A stretch of 58,414 bases of DNA, the filler included, from Porpidia crustulata (taxonomy: Eukaryota): assembly GCA_964255105.1 (NCBI GenBank). It is 6 parts of 6 records of this genome, joined end to end, with 100 filler letters (N's around TTAATTAATTAA, not from the genome) between each part and the next. Parts side by side here need not be neighbours in the genome. Positions count along the whole stretch, not along the records: positions 48,786 to 58,414 come from CAXUWE010000909.1; 5 more parts are not named here. The stretch is one strand, 5' to 3'. The notes beneath the pieces are model-generated. The model did no database searches. It worked only from the letters and a program-made list of their open reading frames with translations, and had not been told where the DNA came from. Shown here piece by piece: positions 50,882-58,414 of the stretch (position 1 is the stretch's first letter; every line of letters begins with the position of its first letter). Both the position numbers and the translations under genes were made by a program.

Positions 50882-52179
50882 CGTTGAAGTTGGCACAACG
50901 TATCCAGAGATACAATAGAGGAGCTAAAAGTAATTGCAGCCAGGGTTCAAGTCCAGGACCTGGAGAAGATGGCGGTGAAAATTCGTCATCTTAACGAACA
51001 ATTTTTATCCAGTCTGTGCGGCTGGATGGATGGCCGTATATGCCCGTCCTGCTGAAGCACCAACTTCCAAGGGCAAATCTGAATTTAACATGGGTCGTAC
51101 GGCTTCAAGACTCCAGCCATTTGCCAAGAGCTGCAGCAAGGACCGTGCGCTGAAAGTCTGAAGTGCAAAAAGCGGAAGCCGATTCTGCAAGCGACTGTAG
51201 ATCACTCGCCGGGTTTGACTTACAGCGAATTAGTGTTCATGCCGAAGCAGTAACAAACCTATCAGATCCTCTGACGTTTGCTATATTCATTGAGTACAGC
51301 AGACCAAGCTGTCTCAGTCTAAACAGGTCCCACACACGCGGGCTGACTGGTCTGCAGCTTCTGGCAATTGGACTCACAGCATTTGGCAAGCGGTCATTAA
51401 TCATTACGTAGGTGTGCGGCGTTTGGGCATGGTGCGACCAAGCTGTAGGGCAGTATTCTCGTCGCATTGACCCGGATATGGAGAAGCACAATTGTGAAGA
51501 GGCCCTTGACTGCCAGGGATAATCAGGCTGAGACTGTGAATCACTGGAGAACGTACAATATGAACATCTTTCTTTTTGAGCAGATTGCACTCCCTGTGCT
51601 CCTTGTACTCCCCCTGCGTTCCCCCGTGGTTCCTGTTCTCCTCGATCTCCCTGCGGTCCATGATGAGCAAACTCCTCCAACTAAAGTTTGGTAGCTCTTT
51701 CCTAAGCTCAAGCTTGCAGAATCGGCCATCGAACCCCCGTCTATACAAGTTGATTCTAGTGATTATCAACAGGATTTGAGTTTTAGCACCAGCAAGAAGA
51801 AGAACAAGAAGAGCGCTAAAATACTTGCCTTGTCTGACGAAGTTCAATGCGACTCACAGCCGCCGCCATGTACAGAAGAGTTGGCCATTTATGAGACACC
51901 TAAAGAAGAGACAAATCATGATAACTGTTGCAGAAACTGCTTTTACAGATAACGAGAGAAAGTCAGGAGTCAGGTGGTTTGGGAGTCATTTTCAACCTTC
52001 CTTGTTGATTGCCACCAGCAATTCCAATGTTTCACGAATAAAGTCTTTCACGCGTAACTTCACAGGATCATTCGCTGCGCAGTGAAAAACAAATACCTAT
52101 AACAATTTAAGGCTGTGATCCATCTGCACAGAAGGTCAAGAATGGTAGGTGGCCATTTACCGATTGGTACCTTCTTTCC

Positions 52180-52280
52180 CGGTGCCGGCTTTTACGGTAC
52201 TGGCTTTTACGGTATCTGCTTTTACGGTACCTTTTTTCACGGCACCAGCTTCCACGGTACTGGCCTCTACGGTACCATCT
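52180..52280. repeat. Degenerate 15-bp minisatellite (~6-7 copies, core TTTTACGGTAC)
   Basis: gctttttacggtact / ggcttttacggtatc / tgctttttacggtacc / ttttttcacggcacc / agcttccacggtact / ggcctctacggtacc. Confidence 0.85.
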
Positions 52281-52483
52281 TACTTCATCCGACCACATAT
52301 ATGCGAAGATGAAATACGTATTGGTTCAAATATCATGACCTTCATTAAACGTACAAGAGGGAGAAGAGTAGAGGTGTCTAATTCATTGGTCTTAAGCCAT
52401 GTAGTGTTTTTCTACAAGTGTCTTGATACATATGATGTCTCAAGACGTATAATGTCTTATGACAAGTGTCTCCATACATATAG

Positions 52484-52570
52484 TGGCTCAAGACAAATGG
52501 CTCAAGACAAATGGCTCAAGACAAATGGCTCAAGACAAATGTCTCCAGACATATGGTGGCTCAAGACACA
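52484..52570. repeat. 14-bp tandem repeat TGGCTCAAGACAAA, 4 perfect copies plus degenerate flanking copies
   Basis: Perfect copies at 52484, 52498, 52512 and 52526. Confidence 0.92.
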
Positions 52571-52707
52571 CAGCGGCCCAAGACATAGTGTCCCTGTACT
52601 AGAGCACGGGGAGCCATATTTGGAGCGAGGGAAGCCAGACTTAAGGTTTTGGGGGAGCCAGAACTGGAGCCTGGGGGGAGCCAGACCTGAACCATTGTGG
52701 CGTAGAC

Positions 52708-52930
52708 TACGACTCGTAGGATGAACCACTTTTGGTGTACACCACGGCTGGATTGGGTGAGCCACGCCTCGTGTGGTGGGCCACTTTTGGGATACACCAC
52801 GGCTGGTACACCATGAATGAGGGATGGACCTACACGCCTCGTGGGGTGGACCACTTTTGGGTTACACCACGGCTGGTGGGTTGGACCACGCCTCGTGGGG
52901 TGGACCATATTTGGTGTGCACCACTGCTCG
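52708..52930. repeat. Four 44-bp direct repeats built from short palindromes, spacers 11/26/10 bp
   Basis: Consensus CACGCCTCGTGGGGTGGACCACTTTTGG[T/G]NTACACCACGGCTGG at 52708, 52763, 52833 and 52887. Confidence 0.88.
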
Positions 52931-54978
52931 CGGTACACTACATGAGTCCACCCATTTTCTTCCTGTCATCCTTCCGCACCAGCATCCATTTCTCGCTTCC
53001 AACATCCACTTCCGGCTTCAAAAGAAAGCCACTCTAGGTCAGCCATGGTGTGCTCTACTTTGGTACCGTCTTGCTCGAGAGTCGTAGGATGTTATGATGC
53101 TGGCCACCATGGGATGCCAAAAGCTCCAGGCAACTCCTCGACAGCATCGTCAATTCGTACAACAACAAGGTGCGCTCATTCCGCGACATGGAGCTTCCAC
53201 TCCTGGGGTTTACCTGCATACTGAAGCCGTCCCAGTAAGTCTGCGATGTCGTCTTTGAGAATCTCAAGCTGATCTTCTAGCTCGGAAACAGTCAACTTCA
53301 TTACACACATCGCAAGGAAAGCATAATCCTTGGCAATAGAAGCAATGTCATAAGTTCGAATTATAAAACTGGAGTACCGTTGTAACTAGTAATAAAATTT
53401 TTTCTACTTTCTGAAACGACCAATCTCAGGCCCTCTCTCAATATGGCTTTCGAGATTCCTTCCCTCATCAAGCGCACGGAGAATACCATCATTGAATGTG
53501 TTAATGTGTTTAGGGATCTTATCGCAGCACCCAGGCTGCAGACAGGCTTGCCAGACGATGTTTCCTGGCTAGCTTTCATTGTTAACGTAATACCCTTTCT
53601 TGCCTCTTCCTTTGACACATCTTCACCATGTCATTGCCCCTTGCTCAGTCGGCGTGTCCACTGGTTTCATTTCCTTGCGACTTGTCACGTTTCAGAGCGG
53701 GCGTAAGAGGCCATCTACCGGACATGCTTCTAATAAGTCACTCTGAGCATCGACAAGGGCCTGTATGCTATAGGACCTGCAATATATCATCGAGCGCAAC
53801 TGACTGATCAAAACGTATTCCCAACAATCAGCCTACACCGAGAATGCTCCTGTCAAGAGAGCGAGTATCGGCATTGTTTATCTCAGCTTCATCAACGTCG
53901 CTACTATAAAGCATTACTCATAATGCTAAATAAGTGTAATGCAGCACCAAATCTCTCAAAATTTATAGACCTTCCGAAGTCTCAGCCGAATCAGACCTCT
54001 GGTTTGACAAGTCCTCCACCTTTGAGTTATGCGGAACTTCACGGACGGTGTGATCAAAGTCTTTGGACAATAGATTGACAGGCAACGGGTAAGAGGCTTT
54101 CTAAGCTCGAGTCAGCTCAAAGATCGATACATCAGGTTCATACGTACGATTTCTGTTATGCTGGGAGGCCACCGTTCGTGATCGGTTGATCGATAGGTAT
54201 AGTACTTTCCATTCTTGCGGATAATCAATGCAAGGTCGGCGTGACATAATCGCGCTAACTGATCTGCTTTTTTCACTAAGTTGGATTTTCTCCTAGTGAA
54301 TTATTGTGTCATTGCTCTTGCTCTGTAAGACATATCGCAAGATGCTGACTTCGAGACAGGATAAAGATGGGACGTCTCTTATAGAAGTTCGAGCAAACCA
54401 ACGAGACCATCTTTGCCCCTAATGTGAATGAGTCGAGAGCCTCCAGTTCTGGCGTGCCACCTCAAGCCAATTCTGGATGCCCACCTCAATCCAATTCTGG
54501 CACCCTGCATATTTAAGGGCGACGTTTGTGGTTCCTGTCTAAATTCTCAATGGCATAAAACATCCTACACTTTCTAGAGTCTCCTACTCTAGAATCCCGG
54601 AAACTATATAAATTTAGAAGTTATATAAGAGCGGAGAACTCTGAGGTAGGCTGATTAGGGCCTTCGTACAGTAGAGAGTTGATTTTCGTCGCACTTTCTG
54701 CGCAATGGTCGTAGAGACAGGCAAATAGAGATAAAGGCTGGCATTTGGTGCCCCTCTACTGCGCTTGTCATGTCTTGCGTCTCGGCATCGTCGCGCTCGC
54801 CGTTATTGTGCCTTGTCATGTCTTGCGGTAGTCATTGCCGTCATCGTCGTGCTCGCCACCATAGTGCGCGCCATCGTACCCGCGGCAAGGATCGGTTCCT
54901 GAGGCAGGGATTCTTGCGCACTCGTTCACGACCTGTTGCTGTACAGCAGACAACGAAAGCAATTCTCGTCGATTGATT

Positions 54979-55200
54979 AGGTCAACGGTAGTCGGTAAGG
55001 CGAAGGTGATGAGCTACGCAGACATTGAGAAGACAAAAGCAGGTCGGGAGGCAAAGGAAGCGAAGGAGGTTAAGGCAAGCCCAGTCGGAAGCGCAAGACC
55101 TCTGCACCAGAAGCGCTGCAAATCACCAAAAAAAGGAAGAGCGAATTGGAAGTGGCAGAGAAGGAAATTGCTGTGCTGGAGTTTGGGGACTGCTGTTCTG
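54979..55200 (+). mobile_element. C-terminal fragment of a pogo/Fot1-type DDE transposase
   Basis: RSTVVGKAKVMSYADIEKTKAGREAKEAK resembles, from recall, the GKAKVMSYEDL...A.R..KEA tail of fungal Fot1/Tan1-like transposases; no DDE core present. Confidence 0.5.
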
Positions 55201-55516
55201 TTCTCCAATTTTAATATGGGCTTAGCTTACGTCGCATTCTCGCGCCATATGGGGGCGATGGAACATCATCGGGCCTTTATCGTGCCTTGACACGACTCGG
55301 CATATATCGGATGTTGATTGGCTGACGCGCTTCTCTTTCGTGAAGGATGATCTCTTTGCGCTCCGAGCTTGTTGTCTTGTACAGACCGTCAGTCATATCA
55401 TCAATATCACGAACTTACAGTGTCGAAGGACATTCGAGGTCATCTCATCTAAGACTCCATTCTTCTTTGTGCGGATCACTACAAATTGCAACAGGGCGAA
55501 TGCTCACGTCGCTACG

Positions 55517-56453
55517 ATGGACTGGGATTCTCCAATACAGGCGGACCCAGAGTTGTGTCCCAAGGAAGAACTAGCAGCAAGTATTCAGAAGTATCATGAA
55601 GCTCTTCATTATCATTTAGGTCAATCTTGCATAAGTACTAAGGCGTGCCCTGAAATGTAGTGTTCTCATCTCGGGCGAATATTCCGACCTTACGATTACC
55701 TCCTGCAATAAGAAGTTCGAAGTACATAAGGCACTGATTTTTCCCCGGTCCAGGTACTTCCGGGATGCGTGCAAGGACGGCGTCTGGAAGGTATAGCAAC
55801 AGCCTCTCGAAACAGCTCGACACGCTGATAAACCCTCTTCTGTGCAGGAAGGACAAGGTGCGGTGGTCGATTTGAAAAATGATCGGAACCTTCCTATACC
55901 TATAGATGATCCCTTGCTCCTTGAATACATGCTACGGTATCTCTATGGTATGAATTATCTGGAAGAGCCCGAGAACCACGACACATTCTCCATGTTTGGC
56001 TCACAAAAGAAACCACCTAAGAAGCATCGGAAGAGATCAGAGCATATGGACGAGCAGATATGGCGTGATGACGAATCAATCCCGCATGGAGACGAACCAA
56101 TCTCGAGTGAACAGGGACCGGAATGTCCCACCGAGGTTGAACCGCGCGGCAACGCTACAATACATGCTCAAATGTGTGCGATCGCAGACTACTATGGCAT
56201 CCCTGATCTGCAGAAGGTGGCGCGGCATAAATTCAGAGTTGCTCTCGTCAAAATCTGTGACGTTCAGGGCATTGTCAAGCTCTTCAAACTTGTCTGCAAC
56301 CCACAGTTTCGAAGTGATGCAGTACTTCGCGATATCATGGTGGACAAGGTTGCGAAACATAATAGTCTATTGGATAATACAGAGGTAGAAGAAATCCTGC
56401 ACAAGGATGGCGAACTAGCTCTGGCAATAGCGAAGCGCATGCGCTCGAAGTAA
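55517..56453 (+). CDS. BTB/POZ domain protein
   Basis: Three exons: ...SGEYSDLTITSCNKKFEVHKALIFPRSRYFRDACKDGVWK|EGQGAVVDL...DDPLLLEYMLRYLYGMNY...HAQMCAIADYYGIPDLQKVARHKF. Confidence 0.85.
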
Positions 56454-56489
56454 ATCTGAGAAGCTCTAGTTGTGGTTGAAAAGCCTAAT

Positions 56490-56804
56490 TCAATGTTTGG
56501 TGGACTTCTCTATACTCTTCTCGTCATGCAGCCCAAGCTTTGTATCGAACTGCTTTGTAAGCTCCTCTGCAATTTCGTCTTCACCTCCCTCATGCAATAT
56601 CCCTTCTATGCTCAACTTCATGTCCCGAGGCCGGAGTCCCCGATCCAATGCTCTCTTCATCTCTCGATGCCACACGTCTGCAAAGGATTCTTTCCAATCT
56701 TCAATGAATGCTTCTGCTTGGGCTCTCGTCTTGAACCGCTTATGACAAGCACCGCGGATCTCGTGAATCTCTTCCAACGCCCCGGCTTCTCCACTGTATC
56801 GCAT
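56490..56804 (-). pseudogene. Fragment with an RNase H1 N-terminal (caulimovirus viroplasmin-like) motif
   Basis: GACHKRFKTRAQAEAFI matches the second half of the RNase H1 hybrid-binding domain; the first half and the catalytic domain are not seen. Confidence 0.45.
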
Positions 56805-56906
56805 AAGTAATCTCTACAACAGCTTGCCTTTGGGAAGCTGTATTATCAGTGCCCGCGGATGCCAGGATTCGCTCCGTGGGCGACTTAACCAACCTGCCCA
56901 GGGCTG

Positions 56907-57150
56907 GATGCATCTGAGCATTGTGCCTTTTGTTGACATGGCTCATATTCAGTCACATGAATCAATTCTGGACCTGAGTTGCGGATCCGCGGTGGTGGCT
57001 CTGCTAGCAAGGATTATATTGGGTTCAGATCATGGTGCTATTGTCGGCATTGACAATTCCCACAGTATGCTACAGGAAGCTCGGCGACTCTGGGACACAT
57101 ATGGTTTAGCAGATACCATTACGCTGCATTTTGGCGATGTCACTCACTGA
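56907..57150 (+). pseudogene. Truncated class I SAM-dependent methyltransferase fragment
   Basis: SILDLSCGSAVVA (motif I-like), IVGIDNSHSML, ITLHFGDVT, then an immediate stop. Confidence 0.6.
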
Positions 57151-57170
57151 CGGTGATTTGCTTTTGAAGT

Positions 57171-57910
57171 TATGGTGCGTCTACCAGTCAACACAGTAAG
57201 CTACTCTACGATGATACCCAGTATCTACTTGCTTTGGCTCTCGCAGAAAACGCTGTTTGGGGCATAGATTCATTCGAAGATTTATGGCAGTTACAAATAC
57301 CTCCAGGCGAAGACGAGCTCATCCTTCGATTGAATGGTTCCGCAGAGGCTTTACCAATACTCCGCAACGCCACCATGCAACGTGGTGTCACCGAAGAGCC
57401 GCTTCCGAAGAGAACCTTCGATCGCACTCTCAAATCTGTGTTGAATCATTCGGGATACTTTAGCAATGCTACAGTTCATGCCATACGCCGCTATCTCGGC
57501 AAGAACGTCAATGGTAAGTGGTCCTGAAAAACAGACAGGAAGCAGAATCCAGTCTCGCTGAGGAACAAATGATCTAGGGAGGTACACCGAAGTCGAACGA
57601 TCTCAGCACATTAACCAGAGCGATCCTCGTGTATACGGCCAAAGCTATGTGGCGAATACCTCTTAAACGAACCAGCTTAACATGACCATGTTGACTATTT
57701 TCAATCCTTTGCCATACTTCTCGAAAAGGGCCTTCCTAGCAGGCTGCCAGCCCATAAAGAGCATGCGATCTGGCGGGATTCACAACTTCTGGAATTCGAA
57801 ACCAACGTTCACCAGCTCAAACGAATAAACGCTACTGCTTCCCAAATCAAAGCGGCCGAAAGCGAAGCTCGTGGTTATCGAGCCAGCCTCATGAAGAAGA
57901 GCTTGCAGCA
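57171..57910 (+). mobile_element. Decayed DUF3435-family tyrosine recombinase (Starship captain-related) fragment
   Basis: LLYDDTQYLLALALAENA...LPILR...GYFSNATVHAIRRYLG (HxxRR), intron, RYTEVERSQHINQSDPRVYGQSYVANTS* (candidate catalytic Tyr), then stop-interrupted DHVDYFQS...GLPSRLPA. Confidence 0.65.
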
Positions 57911-58414
57911 AACCCTACAGCACAGCTCAAACAACACCTGCCTTCCCTCTGCCCTTCCCTCCTAAAACTTATGGCTCCGGCGCAACCATCCCGAGCAACA
58001 AAAAAAGCTCCACAGAGACTCAGCCACAAACATAGCACAAATCTCTCAGCCATCCCATCCGCCATCTCATGGCAGAACCTCTTCTACCCCCAACCGAATA
58101 ATCAACCCACAAAAACCATTGATCCACAAAACGACCCCAAACCTCACCTCACCCGCATGCTCCACTCCCCCAGCACAAAGTCACAACAGCACAACCGGCG
58201 AAGCCCTAATCAAAAGAACATTAAAAAAAGACCCTCCCCCGGCAATGTACCACTCACCCACAGCATCATCCACATCTCCACAAAAACGTCTCAAAACCGC
58301 CCCCAAAAAAAACCGCTATCCGAGCCGAGCGCCACACCCATAGAATCCAAGTCCCTTCTACAGAGAAACTTTTTTCAATGTACATTGTCAAAAATGGTGG
58401 TAGATAACATAGAT

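Noticed and set aside
52149..52724. 191-aa ORF with VxAFT repeats
   Set aside because: The openness is explained by the minisatellites it crosses; no other sign of coding function.
52708..52930. CRISPR-like repeat-spacer array
   Set aside because: Fungal context, spacers of only 10-26 bp that are uneven and partly similar, degenerate repeats and no cas genes.
53050..53620. Stop-interrupted protein-like reading on the minus strand
   Set aside because: Possibly a decayed gene, but I recognise no family, so it is not called.

Overview
This is intron-rich eukaryotic DNA from a filamentous ascomycete (GT-AG introns with CTRAC branch sites, Pezizomycotina-type genes). It is not one locus. Six contigs of 9691, 9662, 9658, 9643, 9631 and 9629 bp are joined in descending size order by artificial 100-bp N44-TTAATTAATTAA-N44 linkers, so gene adjacency only means something within a contig. 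Housekeeping genes: PI4P 5-kinase MSS4, histone H1, an OSCA/TMEM63 channel, an SDR, an Lsb5-like VHS-GAT protein, a CAP20/MPL1 perilipin, RPN6, SOF1, MET2 and CSN6. Most unusual items: (i) a gene whose C-terminus is at least 8 acidic YD/RHS-like repeats (YDEYGN...) encoded roughly one per 60-63-nt phase-0 micro-exon, mostly invisible in the ORF track; (ii) a 243-bp MITE with CAC...GTG termini and a 5-bp TSD, a Transib/RAG-like signature; (iii) a head-to-head pair of a fungal AAA+ ATPase and a Walker-A-less NACHT-like protein; (iv) recurrent in-frame TAG codons in otherwise open accessory genes; (v) an OTT_1508-like deaminase; (vi) a disrupted DXO/Rai1-like nuclease; (vii) a decayed contig with pogo and DUF3435 recombinase remnants and palindromic repeat arrays. 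All family assignments come from reading motifs by eye; no searches were run.
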